From: an uncultured delta proteobacterium
GTDB lineage: Bacteria; Myxococcota; UBA727; VGSZ01
Assembly: GCA_963775425.1 (NCBI GenBank)
Contig: CAVZJB010000016.1
Coordinates: forward strand, 1,248,001 to 1,312,000
Direction: 5' to 3'
DNA: 64,000 bases
Below, one piece after another: positions 48,794 through 61,531 of this stretch (positions are counted from its first letter, which is position 1; every line of letters starts with the position of its first letter). The notes under the pieces were generated by a model. That model had not been told where the DNA came from. It worked only from the letters and a program-made list of their open reading frames with translations, and made no database searches. A program made the translations under genes and the position numbers.

Positions 48794-51769
48794 ATGCAAA
48801 CCCTCTTCGCCCTGGCGCTCGTCGCCGCCGCCCCGCTGTCCGCGCCCGCCGTCGAGGGTGCCGTCGGGGGCGCCGCCGGGGGCACCGTCGGGGGCGCCAC
48901 GGGGGCCGCGCCCGCCGCGGGGGCGGCCGCCGGGCACTTCGGGATGCGCGCCTACCTGAAGGCGGGCCAGGAGGTCGTCGTCGGCGCGCGCACCGACATG
49001 ATCGCGGTGCGCTCGTCCCTCTCCGTGGACGAAGCGGCGCGCCTCGTCGAGGCCGCCGCCGCCGCCAAGGTGCCGGAGGCCCTCGTGAGCGGCGCCAAGC
49101 TCCTGCGGCCGCACGGCCTCGTGCTCGTCGAGCTCGCGCACGCGGTCACGCGCGCGCAGATCGAGTCGCTCGCCTCTGCCGTCGCCGCGCGCGAGGGCGT
49201 GCGCGTGTACCCCGCCCTGTCGCGCATGACGGGCCGCGCCTTCTACGACGAGCACCTCGTCGTCACCGCCCTCCCCGGCCACCTCGACGACGTCGTCGCC
49301 GCCGTGATCGAAAAGACCGGCGGCGCGTTCGTGAGAAAGAGCCTGGTGCCCCACACGGCGCTCGTCACCGTCGGCGCCGCCGTCGGCTACGACGCCGTGG
49401 ACGCCAGCCGCGCGCTCGCCGACCTGCCCGGCCTGGTGTCCGCGGAGCCCGACCTCTACCGCGAGCTCCAGCCGTTGAACGTGGTGCCGAACGATCCGCT
49501 GTTCGCGCAGCAGTGGCACCTCTCCCGCCAGCCGGGCTCGGACGTGCCGGGCACCGGGCAGATCTTCGCCGACCAGGCGTGGGACACCACGCGCGGCGAC
49601 GGCGTGCGCGTGGCGGTGTTCGACACGGGCATCGACGTCGACCACCCCGACCTCGTCGACAACATGCTCCCCGGCTTCGACGCCGCCAACGACGACGACG
49701 ATCCGCGCCCCGAGTGCTCGCAGCAGTTCGACGGCCGCGACACGGTCGCCGACTGTCCGTCGTCGGCGCCCTACAAGGAGTCCCACGGCACCTCGGTCTC
49801 GGGCACCGTCGCCGGCGTCGCCGACAACGGCATCGGCATCTCCGGCGTGTGCCCCCACTGCGAGATCGTCCCGGTGCGCTTGCTCGGCGACGTGGCCGCC
49901 AGCAGCCTGGGCATCGCGGAGACGTTCATCCGGGCGGTGGACCCGCCGTTCTCCGTCGACGTCATCAACAACTCCTGGGGCCCGGGCTTCTCGCTGTTCT
50001 TCCCGCTGTCCACGTCCGAGCAGGACGCCTTCGACCACGCGCGCGACGCGGGCCGCGACGGCCGCGGCACCGTCATCCTCTTCGCCGCCGGCAACGACAC
50101 CTCGGACGTGCGCAGCGACGCCTACTCGTCGAACCCGTACGTGATCACCGTGGCGGCGAGCACCAACGTCGACGACTGGGCCTTCTACTCGAACTTCGGC
50201 TTCCAGGTGGACGTGGCCGCGCCGAGCCAGGGGCTGCCCGCGCAGCAGGACGGCTTCCCGGACGACGACTTCGGCATCGTCACCACCGACGTCGAGGGCG
50301 ACGACGGCTACGCCCCCGGCGACTTCGAGACGGAGTTCAACGGCACCTCCGCGGCGTCCCCCGTCGCCGCCGGCGTCGCCGCGCTCGTCCTCGCGGTGAA
50401 CCCGTCGCTGACGGCGGAGCAGGTGCGGCTGGTGCTCACGCGCAGCGCGGACAAGGTCGGCGGCGACCAGCTCCCGTGGGACGACTTCCTCTCGGCCGAC
50501 GATCAGGCCTTCTTGTTCGACTACGACGACACCGGCCACGCCAACGCCTTCGGCTACGGCCGCGTGAACGCCGCGCGCGCCGTGGACCTCGCGCGGGACC
50601 CGGGGAAGGCCGGCGGGCTGTGCGGCGAAAACGGCTGCGACTTCTGCTCGGCGGAGCTGCGCTGCCTGGACCGGTGCACGAGCCAGAGCGACTGCGTCGA
50701 CGGCACCATCTGCAACACCACGCTCGGCGCGTGCGAGCTGCCGCGGGACGCGCCCGCCGACCTCCTGTCGCGCTGCGCGTCGAGCCCGGGCGACGCCGCC
50801 TGCGTCTGCGGGGCCGATTGCGCCTTCTGCACGCCCACGCTCGACACGGAGTTCAACCCCGTCGACATCTGCACGACGTCCTGCGCCACCGACGACGACT
50901 GCGGCAGCGGCTTCGACTGCCGCCTGACGGAGCCGGGCGGGCCGTCCATCTGCGCGGTGGGCGACGCTTCGGCGGGGGAGCCCAACGACTTCTTCGCCTG
51001 CTTCTCGTCACAGATCGGCGCGTCCCTCGTGGTGACGACGGACGGCGGGCGCGAGCTGTGCGGCGACGTGTGCTTCTCCGACGAGCCGGGCGCGTGTCCG
51101 TACGGCTTCTCCTGCCGCTCGGCGGACTGCCAGTGCTCGGCGCAGGGGTGCTTCCAGCTCGACTGCGGCCCGGACGACGACCCCGCCCACCCCGACCCGA
51201 GCGACTTCGCGTTCCCGGTGTGCCTGCCGAACCCGGGCCACGCCGACACGTGCTCCAGCGACCTCGACTGCCAGACCGGCGATTACTGCAAAGACGGCGC
51301 GTGTCGCCTCGACGACCGCGGCGGTTGCGACATCTGCTCCGCGTGCGCCAGCGACGACGACTGCGCCGGCCGCGGCGTGTGCATCGGCTTGCAGAACGAC
51401 GGCGTCGGCCAGTGCGCGTGGGCCTGCGAGGACAGCGACCCCTGCCCCGGTGACTCCGTGTGCCGCGCCGTCGACGCGCGCCACGGGCAGCTCAAGGTGT
51501 GCCTGAGCCCGGAGGGGGGCACCGACGAGGCCACCCGCTGCGACCCGAGCTACACCTGCAGCGTGGCCTGCCGCGACGACGTGCCCTGCCCCGACGGCAA
51601 GATCTGTCAGAGCGGCGCGTGCGTCGTCGACGTCACGCCCGGCGACGGCAAAAACGTCGGCGTCGCCGGCGGCGGGTGCCACTGCGGCGCGTCGTCGGGG
51701 GCCGACGGCGCCGCCGCTCTCGCGCTGCTGGCGCTCTTCGGGGCGCTCCGCCGCCGCCGCCGCCGCTGA
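48794..51769 (+). CDS. S8 subtilisin-like peptidase with Cys-rich repeats and MYXO-CTERM
   Basis: VAVFDTG, HGTSVSG, FAAGN and GTSAASP; tail GGGCHC...LLALFGALRRRRRR. Confidence 0.93.
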   Translation: MQTLFALALVAAAPLSAPAVEGAVGGAAGGTVGGATGAAPAAGAAAGHFGMRAYLKAGQEVVVGARTDMIAVRSSLSVDEAARLVEAAAAAKVPEALVSGAKLLRPHGLVLVELAHAVTRAQIESLASAVAAREGVRVYPALSRMTGRAFYDEHLVVTALPGHLDDVVAAVIEKTGGAFVRKSLVPHTALVTVGAAVGYDAVDASRALADLPGLVSAEPDLYRELQPLNVVPNDPLFAQQWHLSRQPGSDVPGTGQIFADQAWDTTRGDGVRVAVFDTGIDVDHPDLVDNMLPGFDAANDDDDPRPECSQQFDGRDTVADCPSSAPYKESHGTSVSGTVAGVADNGIGISGVCPHCEIVPVRLLGDVAASSLGIAETFIRAVDPPFSVDVINNSWGPGFSLFFPLSTSEQDAFDHARDAGRDGRGTVILFAAGNDTSDVRSDAYSSNPYVITVAASTNVDDWAFYSNFGFQVDVAAPSQGLPAQQDGFPDDDFGIVTTDVEGDDGYAPGDFETEFNGTSAASPVAAGVAALVLAVNPSLTAEQVRLVLTRSADKVGGDQLPWDDFLSADDQAFLFDYDDTGHANAFGYGRVNAARAVDLARDPGKAGGLCGENGCDFCSAELRCLDRCTSQSDCVDGTICNTTLGACELPRDAPADLLSRCASSPGDAACVCGADCAFCTPTLDTEFNPVDICTTSCATDDDCGSGFDCRLTEPGGPSICAVGDASAGEPNDFFACFSSQIGASLVVTTDGGRELCGDVCFSDEPGACPYGFSCRSADCQCSAQGCFQLDCGPDDDPAHPDPSDFAFPVCLPNPGHADTCSSDLDCQTGDYCKDGACRLDDRGGCDICSACASDDDCAGRGVCIGLQNDGVGQCAWACEDSDPCPGDSVCRAVDARHGQLKVCLSPEGGTDEATRCDPSYTCSVACRDDVPCPDGKICQSGACVVDVTPGDGKNVGVAGGGCHCGASSGADGAAALALLALFGALRRRRRR

Positions 51770-51799
51770 CGAAGGCGCGGGCGACTCCGCGCCGCTGCC

Positions 51800-52318
51800 C
51801 GTGACGACGCCGACGGACATGGGACGTCCATGCACCAGGCCCGCCTGCCCGCGGGCACCTACGTCGCGGACGTGCGCGGCGCCAGCGCCGACGTCGACGT
51901 CACGCTCGACGTGTACCGCAGCTTCGGCGCCGACGCAGGCGACCGCTGCGGCGCCCCAGCCGTTCGTCGGTCCCGTCGAGGCCGGCAACACGTGCGGCCT
52001 GCGGGACGACGACGGCGGCCCCTGCAGAGACGGCGACGACGGCGACCTCAGCGGGCCGGACCGCGTCTCCTACGTCGTCGTCGACGGCGCCGCGCGCGAC
52101 GTCACCTTCGACACCTGCACGGGCTGCACCGACGACGACTCCTCGCTCGACCTGCGGGACACCTGCGACTCGCAGGGCAGCACGCTGCGCGAGCGGTCAA
52201 ACGACGACGCATGCGCGTCCTCATGCAGCAGCGGCGGCTTCCAGAGCCGCGTCAGCGAGACGCTCGCCCCGGGCCTCTACTACCTGCTCGCCGACAGCTA
52301 CCAGGGCGCGTGCGGCAA

Positions 52319-52345
<27 letters not shown>
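51800..52345 (+). pseudogene. Frameshifted 3' remnant of a secreted protein with PPC-like beta-sandwich domains
   Basis: LPAGTYVADVRG in one frame; GNTCG...VTFDTC...NDDAC...QSRV...LAPGLYYLLADSY...YELT in another; no signal peptide; CGA where a TGA stop is expected. Confidence 0.6.
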
Positions 52346-54256
<1,911 letters not shown>

Positions 54257-54522
54257 GACGTCCTCCCGGATTCAATCGCGGGAAGAGTCACGCGTGACCG
54301 AATGCGCCACCATCGCCCCGGTTCCGGAGCGGCGCGCGAGCGACCGATGACGAGGACCGGCTAAGGGCCCCCGAATGAACAACTCGATCGCCCTCGCGGC
54401 CGATCCATCGCCGCTGGCTTCGTTGCTCGTCGGTCACGTGGCGACGGCCACGCTCCCTCCTCGCGCCTCGCCATCGGCGCGCCTCGACCGCGATCATCGA
54501 CCGACTTGTTCATTCGAGGGCC

Positions 54523-55071
54523 CTAACGGCCGGGGGGCTTGGGCATCTGCGCGCCCTTGCTGCGCGCGATGGCCTGCTGCACCTCGACCCAGGACATCTT
54601 GAGCTCGTACAGCACGGTGTCCATGAGCTGGTTCTCCTCGGCGTTGAGGTTGCCCTTGGTCTTCACCTTGAGGAGCTGCAGGATGTCGATGGTGTCGCGG
54701 GCCTGCTCGAGGTGCAGCTCGCGCTGTCCGTGCGGCCAGGGGATGAGCCCGAGCTGCATGAGCGCTTGTTGCGCCAACGACTGCAGGAACATGGAGAAGC
54801 TCAAGCCGCCGGGGGCCTCCTCGGGCGGAGCGGGCTTCTTTGGGGCCTCGCCGGGCGCGGGAGCCGCCTCGGCGGCGCCCCCGGCGGCGGCGGCGCTCCC
54901 GGCGGGCGCTGGGGCCGCGGCGGGCGGCGGCGGCTCGGGGGCGCGCACCGGGACGTCGGGGGCGACGTCGGGGCCCTCCCGGTTGGTTCCGTCTTCGTGG
55001 AAGCGCCGGCGATCAACGACCTTGAAGCCCTTGGGCTCGCCGCCCTTCTCGCTCTCCTGCTCGATGGCCAT
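54523..55071 (-). CDS. DUF1844 domain protein
   Basis: FKVVDRRRF; FSMFLQSL..QALMQLG...ARDTIDIL..L..KTKGNL..EE..L...LYELKM. Confidence 0.85.
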   Translation of the reverse strand: MAIEQESEKGGEPKGFKVVDRRRFHEDGTNREGPDVAPDVPVRAPEPPPPAAAPAPAGSAAAAGGAAEAAPAPGEAPKKPAPPEEAPGGLSFSMFLQSLAQQALMQLGLIPWPHGQRELHLEQARDTIDILQLLKVKTKGNLNAEENQLMDTVLYELKMSWVEVQQAIARSKGAQMPKPPGR

Positions 55072-55074
55072 GAT

Positions 55075-55290
55075 TCAGTTCCTGGTGTCGCCCTGGGACG
55101 CGCCAACGGGAGCAGCGCCGCCGGGGTAGATCATCTCGGCGATGTTGTCGGCCTGCTCCTCGAGGTCGGGCAGGTTCTTCAGGTGCGTCTCGACGTCGGC
55201 GCGGCTGAGCACGCCGCGCTGTACGTAGCGCTCCACCGTGCGCTTGTCGTACGTGGTGGCGTCGAGCTTCTTCTTCTTGGTGTCGGCCAT
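55075..55290 (-). CDS. Small conserved-looking hypothetical protein
   Basis: YDKRTVERYVQRGVLSRADVETHLKNLPD; GGAG SD. Confidence 0.7.
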   Translation of the reverse strand: MADTKKKKLDATTYDKRTVERYVQRGVLSRADVETHLKNLPDLEEQADNIAEMIYPGGAAPVGASQGDTRN

Positions 55291-55367
55291 CAGTGGTCTC
55301 TCCCGGGGGGAACCCCGTCGATATGCGGTCTTCACCCCGCCGCGTCAAGGGCGCTACCCTCGCTCAA

Positions 55368-55874
55368 ATGGCTTCGAGGGCTGCGCTGACCGTAAGGGCC
55401 AAGGACGCCGGTGCCTGGGCGCGGGGGCGCTATCAGGCGTTCCGCGACCAGAGCCCCTACTTCCAGGCCAAGGTGGGGCTGGCGGCCGCCTACGTCGTCG
55501 TCGTGCTCCTGACCGTCCTTGTCGCGCCGCCCCGAGGGGCCGTCTGGCAGGCCAGCCAGCAGCGCATCAACTTCGGCCTCGCGTTCAAGACCGCCATCAC
55601 CATCACCAACCTGCGCGCCGGCGACCTCGAGGACGTGGTGGTGGAGGTGAAGGGCACGGGCATCGAGTTCGACGGCAAGAAGGACCCGGGCACCTGGCGC
55701 ACCAAGCCCCTGGACATGCCCGAGGGCAAGGAGCTGCAGATCCTCACCGAGCAGCTCTTCGACGACCGCGGCGTGAACCCGCCGTACTCCCTGGTCGTCG
55801 ACACCGTCCGCGTCGTCGACGACGACAAGGAGACCGTGGTCGTGCTCCACCCCAAGCAGGTGGGCGGCGCGTGA
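55368..55874 (+). CDS. Single-TM hypothetical protein
   Basis: TM VGLAAAYVVVVLLTVLV followed by a beta-rich domain; start uncertain. Confidence 0.65.
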   Translation: MASRAALTVRAKDAGAWARGRYQAFRDQSPYFQAKVGLAAAYVVVVLLTVLVAPPRGAVWQASQQRINFGLAFKTAITITNLRAGDLEDVVVEVKGTGIEFDGKKDPGTWRTKPLDMPEGKELQILTEQLFDDRGVNPPYSLVVDTVRVVDDDKETVVVLHPKQVGGA

Positions 55875-56875
55875 GCTCCCGCTCCATCGTCGTGACGGGC
55901 GCGTGCGGCTTCATCGGCTCCCACGTGTGCGAGGGGCTGCTCGGCCGCGGCGACCGCGTCGTCGGCGTCGACAGCTTCAACGACTTCTACGACCCAGCCG
56001 TCAAGCGCGCCCACGCCGCGCTCCTCGCGCGCCCGGGCTTTCGCCTCGTCGAGGGGAACATCCTCGACGGCGCCGTCCTCGACGACGCCTTCGCCGGCGG
56101 CGCGGACGCGGTGGTGCACCTGGCGGCGTGGGCGGGCGTGCGGCCGAGCATCGCGCGGCCGGCGCTCTACGTGCGGGAGAACGTCGACGGCACCGGCCTG
56201 CTCCTCGACAAGGCCGTGGGCCTCCCGCGCCGGCCGAAGATGGTGATCGCGTCTTCGTCGTCGGTATACGGCGGCAACACCAAGGTGCCCTTTCACGAGG
56301 ACGACCCCGTGGACCGTCCCATCTCGCCGTACGCGGCCACCAAGAAGGCCTGCGAGGTGCTCGCGTACACGTACCACCACCTGCACGCGCTCGACGTCAC
56401 CTGCCTGCGGTTCTTCACGGTCTACGGCCCGCGGCAGCGGCCGGAGATGGCCATCCACAAGTTCGCCCGGCTCCTCGCCGACGGGGCGGCCATCCCCCGC
56501 TACGGCGACGGCCAGAGCGCGCGCGACTACACGTACATCGCGGACATCGTGCAGGGCGTGCTCGCCGCCGTCGACACGTGCGGGAGCTTCGGCGGCGGGT
56601 ACCGCATCTACAACCTCGGCAACTCGCGCACGGTGACGCTCGACGCGCTCATCGCCGCCGTCGGCAAGGCGCTCGGCGTGGCGCCCGTGATCGAGGCCCT
56701 CCCCGACCAGCCCGGCGACGTGCCTTTGACCTACGCGGACATCTCGCGCGCGCAGGCGGAGCTCGGCTATCGGCCCGACTACCCGCTCGAGCGCGGCCTC
56801 GCCGAATTCGCGGCGTGGTTCCGCGCGCGAGGCGCGGCGGCCGGCGCGGCCTCGGCCGCGGCGCGCGAGTCGTGA
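55871..56875 (+). CDS. NAD-dependent epimerase (UDP-glucuronate 4-epimerase-like)
   Basis: VTGACGFIG, HLAAWAGVRPS, SSSSVYG, YAATKK and RFFTVYGPRQRPEMA. Confidence 0.92.
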   Translation: MSSRSIVVTGACGFIGSHVCEGLLGRGDRVVGVDSFNDFYDPAVKRAHAALLARPGFRLVEGNILDGAVLDDAFAGGADAVVHLAAWAGVRPSIARPALYVRENVDGTGLLLDKAVGLPRRPKMVIASSSSVYGGNTKVPFHEDDPVDRPISPYAATKKACEVLAYTYHHLHALDVTCLRFFTVYGPRQRPEMAIHKFARLLADGAAIPRYGDGQSARDYTYIADIVQGVLAAVDTCGSFGGGYRIYNLGNSRTVTLDALIAAVGKALGVAPVIEALPDQPGDVPLTYADISRAQAELGYRPDYPLERGLAEFAAWFRARGAAAGAASAAARES

Positions 56876-58506
56876 CGCGGCTCCGGCTCACCCCGCTCGG
56901 CGGCGTCGGGCGCTTCGGGCGCAACTGCCTGTGCGTCGAGGTCGAGGGCGGCCCCGCGCTGCTCGTGGACTGCGGCGTGCGCTTCGTCGCCGATGAGACG
57001 CCGGGCTTCGACGTCGGCTTGCCCGACCTCGAGCGCATCGACGCGCTCGGCGATCGCTTGCTCGGCGTCGTCGTCACCCACGGGCACGAGGACCACATCG
57101 GCGGGCTCCCCTTCGCGCTCGCGTCGCGGCCGTCGCTGCCCATCTGGGCCACGCCGTTCACGGCGCGGCTCATCGAGCGCCGCTTCGCGCGCGCCTCCGC
57201 GGACGCCGCGCTGGCGGGGGGCCCTGAGTCGGCGCCTGCCATCGACGTCGTCACGCCCGGCGACGAGCGCGTCGCGGGCCCGTTTCGCGTGCGCTGGCTC
57301 GCGGTGAGCCACAGCATCCCCGACGCCACGTGCGTCGCCATCGAGACGCCGGCGGGGACCATCGTGCACAGCGGCGACTTCCGCGTCGACGACGACCCGG
57401 TGCTCGGCCCGCCCACCGACCTCGAGGGGCTCGCGCGCGTGGGCGACGGCGGCGTCGCCTGCCTGCTCGCCGACTCCACCGGCGCGATGCTGCCGGGGCG
57501 AAACCCCGGCGAGCGCAGCGTCGGCGCGGCCCTCACCGCCGCCGTCGCGAGCGCCGAGGGCCGCGTGTTCGTGGCGCTGTTCGCGTCTCACGTGCAGCGG
57601 CTCGCGCTCGTGGCCGAGGCCTGCCGCGCGACGCACCGGCGGCTGTGCCTGCTCGGCGCCGGCCTGCGCGACACGCTCAAGATCGCGCGCGAGCTCGACA
57701 TGCTCCACGTCGACGACGTGCTCGTCGCGGAGGCCGACGCCAGGAGCTTCCCGCGCGAGCGCCTCGTCTTCGCCGTCACCGGCTCACAAGGGGAGGCGGG
57801 GAGCGCCCTGTCGCGGCTCGCCGCCGGCGACCTCTTCGGCCTCTCCGTCGACGCCGGCGACCGCGTGGTCTTCTCGGCGCGGGTCATCCCGGGAAACGAG
57901 CTGCGCGTGTCCGCCGTGGCGGACGCCCTCGCGGAGCGCGGCGCCGACGTCGTCGACGGCAGGAGCGCGCCGCACGTGAGCGGGCACGGCTACTCGGGCG
58001 ATCTCGAGCTGCTCCTCGCCGCGGTGCGTCCGCGGGCGTTCGTGGCGCTGCACGGAAACGCGCGCAACCTCCTGGCCAACGAGGCGCTCGCGCGCAAGGC
58101 CGGGCTCTCCCGCGATCGCGTCGTCGACCTGCGCGACGGCTCCACCGTCGTCGTCGACGGCGACGGCGGCCTCGCCCACCTGCCCGGCGTGCGCGCGCTC
58201 GAGCCGCTCGCGGCGTACGGCGCGGTGGACATGTTTCCGAAGGGGACGGTGCAGGCGCGCAAGCGCATGGCGTCGTCGGGCGTGCTCGTCGTCGCCGGCG
58301 ACGGCGACGGCGACGGCGTCGTCCTCGTCGAGCGCGGCATCTCCCCTCCCCTGCCCGCCGCGGTGCTCGCGGCCGTGCGTGAGGACGCGCCGCGCGCGCT
58401 CGCGGCCGCGGGGTCGCCCGAGGAGCCCGCGCTGTTGAAGGCGATGGCGCGGCACTTCTGGAAAGCGCGCCGCCCGCCCCCGGAGATCCTCCTCGTGCGG
58501 CGTTGA
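56872..58506 (+). CDS. rnj: Ribonuclease J
   Basis: PLGGVGRFGRN, THGHEDHIG, HSIPD, HSGDFR.D, TGSQGE, IPGNE and HVSGHG. Confidence 0.9.
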   Translation: MTRLRLTPLGGVGRFGRNCLCVEVEGGPALLVDCGVRFVADETPGFDVGLPDLERIDALGDRLLGVVVTHGHEDHIGGLPFALASRPSLPIWATPFTARLIERRFARASADAALAGGPESAPAIDVVTPGDERVAGPFRVRWLAVSHSIPDATCVAIETPAGTIVHSGDFRVDDDPVLGPPTDLEGLARVGDGGVACLLADSTGAMLPGRNPGERSVGAALTAAVASAEGRVFVALFASHVQRLALVAEACRATHRRLCLLGAGLRDTLKIARELDMLHVDDVLVAEADARSFPRERLVFAVTGSQGEAGSALSRLAAGDLFGLSVDAGDRVVFSARVIPGNELRVSAVADALAERGADVVDGRSAPHVSGHGYSGDLELLLAAVRPRAFVALHGNARNLLANEALARKAGLSRDRVVDLRDGSTVVVDGDGGLAHLPGVRALEPLAAYGAVDMFPKGTVQARKRMASSGVLVVAGDGDGDGVVLVERGISPPLPAAVLAAVREDAPRALAAAGSPEEPALLKAMARHFWKARRPPPEILLVRR

Positions 58507-58612
58507 GCGGCGTCCGCGGCGTTCAGTGGCGTTCGCGGGCGCTCGCGACGACGAGGACGCGGCCGTGCCTCGGCGCGAGGCGAACCGCGCCCCGCCGCGT
58601 TATGCTCGCGGC

Positions 58613-59200
58613 ATGGAGAAGGTCCACTCCGTCCCGTCCGGCGCCGCGGCCTCGGCCACCTCAGAGAGGCTCGAGCTGCCCTCGAGCATCCCCGAGATCG
58701 ACGACGATGCCCTCGACGGCGCCCTCCACCGGAGCTGGCGCGCCCGCCGCCTGCATCGCCACCTCTGCAAGCGCGAGGACGACGGCAAGCCGCTCAGCAC
58801 CAACGAGGTGAAGACGGTGGTGGCCGAGGCCACCGCCGCCGACGGCAAGCCCGACGGCGACCAGGCCGTCGTCATCGCCGAGCACGCGCGCAAGCACCCC
58901 GAGGTGTTCGGCGGCGCGCACTCGTGGCTCCTGCGGTTCCTCCTGCGCGTGGAGTGGCGGCTGTTGATCGCCGAGCTGCACAACTTCATCGCCAACCTGC
59001 GCTCCAGGAGCGAGGAGGAGCGCAAGCGCGAGGAGCTCAAGCGGGACCGCGATCAGGATCGCCTCGAGTACGACACGCGCCGCACCGCGCTGTTGCGCAT
59101 GGAGCGCGCGAACGCGGAGCGGGCGCCGACGCCGGTGGACGAGGAGCTCAGCGAGGAGAACCGGATGCGGCTCACCATGGAGCGCATGAAGCGCACCTGA
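58613..59200 (+). CDS. Hypothetical protein with charged C-terminal helix
   Basis: Strong codon bias; no motif recognised. Confidence 0.6.
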   Translation: MEKVHSVPSGAAASATSERLELPSSIPEIDDDALDGALHRSWRARRLHRHLCKREDDGKPLSTNEVKTVVAEATAADGKPDGDQAVVIAEHARKHPEVFGGAHSWLLRFLLRVEWRLLIAELHNFIANLRSRSEEERKREELKRDRDQDRLEYDTRRTALLRMERANAERAPTPVDEELSEENRMRLTMERMKRT

Positions 59201-59239
59201 CCGGCAGCACGGCGACGCCGGATTCGGTATGACCGGGCG

Positions 59240-60403
59240 ATGTCGCCCGCCGTCCATGTCTTGCGCCTCCTGTTCGCGCTCGTGGTGCTCGGCGTGCTCG
59301 CGGCGGGGGCGGGCGTCGCGCTGCGGGCGGTGTTTCCTTCGGCGTGGAAGCGCTTCCTGCGCAAGGCGTGGATCGCGGGCTTCGGCCTGTGCTTCGCCGC
59401 GCTGTGCGCGTGGAACTTCGGGCGCGCCACGCACGACACGGCGCTCGTGCGCGCGAGCGCGCCGGTGGCGGCGGTGCTGGCGATGACGGCCCTCGCGCTC
59501 TTCGTGACGTCGCCCGTGTGGGGCGCGCTCGGCGCCGGCGTGCGCCTCGCGCCGGACCCGCGACGGCGCGCGTTCCTCGGGCGCGCGCTCGGCGTGGTGC
59601 CGGTCACGGCGGCGCTCACGGGCCCCGCGGGCGCGGTGGGGTCGAGCGGCAAGCCCGTCCTTCGCCGCCTGGAGCTGGCGAGCGCGCTCGTTCCTCCGGC
59701 GCTCGACGGCTTCACCATCCTGCAGATCTCCGACGTGCACCTCGGCCCCTTCGTCGACGTGTCGCAGGTGCGGAGCGTCGTCGACGCCGCGCGGCCGCAC
59801 GCGCCCGACCTCGTCGCGCTCACCGGCGACATCGCCGACGACTACGCGATGCTGCCTCCCGCGCTCGACCTGGTCCGGTCGCTGGCGCCGCGCTGCGGGA
59901 CGTTCGCCATCGTCGGCAACCACGAGATCTATCGAGGGCGCGAGGAGGCCCGCGCCATCTGCGAGGCGCACGGCGCGCGTTGGCTCTGCGACGACGGCGT
60001 CGTCGTCGACAAGGACGGGGCGCGCTTCTGGCTCGGCGGCACCGACGACCCCGCGCGCAGCTTCGAGTCCATGGACGCGTTCTACGCGCGAAGCGTCTCG
60101 CGCTGCCTCGCGCGGTGTCCCCCCGGCGTCGGCTGCCGCGTGGTCCTCGCGCATCGCCCCACGGCGTTCGACGCCACCGCCGCGCAGGGCGTGGCCGTCA
60201 CCCTCTCGGGGCACACCCACGGCGCGCAGATGGCGCTCTTCGGGCGCTCGCTCCTCGAGGGGCTCATCCCCATGAAGTACCTGCTCGGCCGCTATCGAAA
60301 GAGCGACAGCGTGCTCTACACCACCGCGGGCCTCGGGCATTGGTTGCCCTTCCGCCTCAACTGTCCCACGGAGGCGGCGCTCGTCACCCTGCGCGCCGCG
60401 TGA
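59240..60403 (+). CDS. Membrane metallophosphoesterase (YkuE-like)
   Basis: SDVH, TGD, GNHE, LAHRP, SGHTHG.Q; N-terminal TM segments. Confidence 0.9.
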   Translation: MSPAVHVLRLLFALVVLGVLAAGAGVALRAVFPSAWKRFLRKAWIAGFGLCFAALCAWNFGRATHDTALVRASAPVAAVLAMTALALFVTSPVWGALGAGVRLAPDPRRRAFLGRALGVVPVTAALTGPAGAVGSSGKPVLRRLELASALVPPALDGFTILQISDVHLGPFVDVSQVRSVVDAARPHAPDLVALTGDIADDYAMLPPALDLVRSLAPRCGTFAIVGNHEIYRGREEARAICEAHGARWLCDDGVVVDKDGARFWLGGTDDPARSFESMDAFYARSVSRCLARCPPGVGCRVVLAHRPTAFDATAAQGVAVTLSGHTHGAQMALFGRSLLEGLIPMKYLLGRYRKSDSVLYTTAGLGHWLPFRLNCPTEAALVTLRAA

Positions 60404-60478
60404 TCCTGCTTGCGGCGCCGTCGAGCGAACCCGGGATCCGCGCGGAAAGCGGCGGCCGCGCCTGCTAACGTCCCCGCG

Positions 60479-61477
60479 ATGCGCCTGCCGCCGCTCCTGC
60501 GCCCGCGCCCCGCCGTGCCGAGCATCGTGCCGAAGATCGTGCTCTGCCTGGTGGCCGCCGCAGGCGGCGCCGGCTGCATCAGCGCGCGCCTGACCCCCGA
60601 GGCAGACGCGGGCCCCCGCGACGGCGGGCCCACCGCGCGCAACGACATCGTCGCTCCCGTGGGCGGCGACGACACCCTCGACGTCGGCGCGTGGAACCTG
60701 AAGAACTTCCCCTGCGGCAACGACTCCAACTCCACCACCTGCCGCGACGGCGCCGCCGACACGCCCGCGCTGGTCGCGGACCTCATCGCGTCGCTCGACG
60801 TCGACCTGCTCGCGGTGGAGGAGATCGCCGACGAGGGCGCGTTCGCGGAGGTGCTCTCCCGACTGCCGGGCCGCGACGGCGTGCTCTCGCCCGACGTCTA
60901 CTTCGACGGCACCTACCAGAAGACCGGCTTCATCTGGAAGACCGCCGTGCTCGACGCCGGCGACCCGTCGGCGCTGTTCGAGACCGACGGCGACTTCCCG
61001 CGCGCGCCGCTGCAGGTGCCGTTCACCTGGAAGGGCCCGGGCGCGCCGTTTTCGTTCTTCGCCGTCGCCGTGCACCTCAAGGCCGGCGGCGCCGACGAGG
61101 ACATCGCGCGCCGCACCGGCTCCATCCAGCGCCTCGAGAGCTACGCGCGCACCCTCGTCGACGGCGCCGGCAACGACGACATCGTCATCCTCGGCGACTA
61201 CAACGAGACCGTCACCGACGCCGCCGGCCGCGCGGTCTTTCAGCCCTTCCGCGACGACACGCGCTACGCCATCCGCACCGAGCCCGCCGCCGACGCCGGC
61301 GGCGTGTCCTTCCTGCCCGGCGGCGTGGTGATCGACCACATCGTCACCACGAGCGCGATGAACGCCGCCATCGGCGGCAACGACGCCGTGATCCCGCGCC
61401 TCGACCGCGACGTCGAGGACTACCGCGGCCGCGTCAGCGACCACCTGCCCGTGTTCCTCACGCTCGGCGCCCCGTGA
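60479..61477 (+). CDS. Endonuclease/exonuclease/phosphatase (DNase I-like) lipoprotein
   Basis: WNLKNF, VEEI, HLKA, GDYNE, IDHI and SDHLPV; GAGC lipobox-like signal. Confidence 0.88.
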   Translation: MRLPPLLRPRPAVPSIVPKIVLCLVAAAGGAGCISARLTPEADAGPRDGGPTARNDIVAPVGGDDTLDVGAWNLKNFPCGNDSNSTTCRDGAADTPALVADLIASLDVDLLAVEEIADEGAFAEVLSRLPGRDGVLSPDVYFDGTYQKTGFIWKTAVLDAGDPSALFETDGDFPRAPLQVPFTWKGPGAPFSFFAVAVHLKAGGADEDIARRTGSIQRLESYARTLVDGAGNDDIVILGDYNETVTDAAGRAVFQPFRDDTRYAIRTEPAADAGGVSFLPGGVVIDHIVTTSAMNAAIGGNDAVIPRLDRDVEDYRGRVSDHLPVFLTLGAP

Positions 61478-61531
61478 AGCGCGCGGCCCACGGCCGACGA
61501 GCCCACGGCCGACAATCCGCGGGCGGGCTCG

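Noticed and set aside
48780-48798. Sigma54 promoter TGGCAC before the S8 gene
   Set aside because: GG-to-GC spacing is wrong and the site overlaps the start codon.
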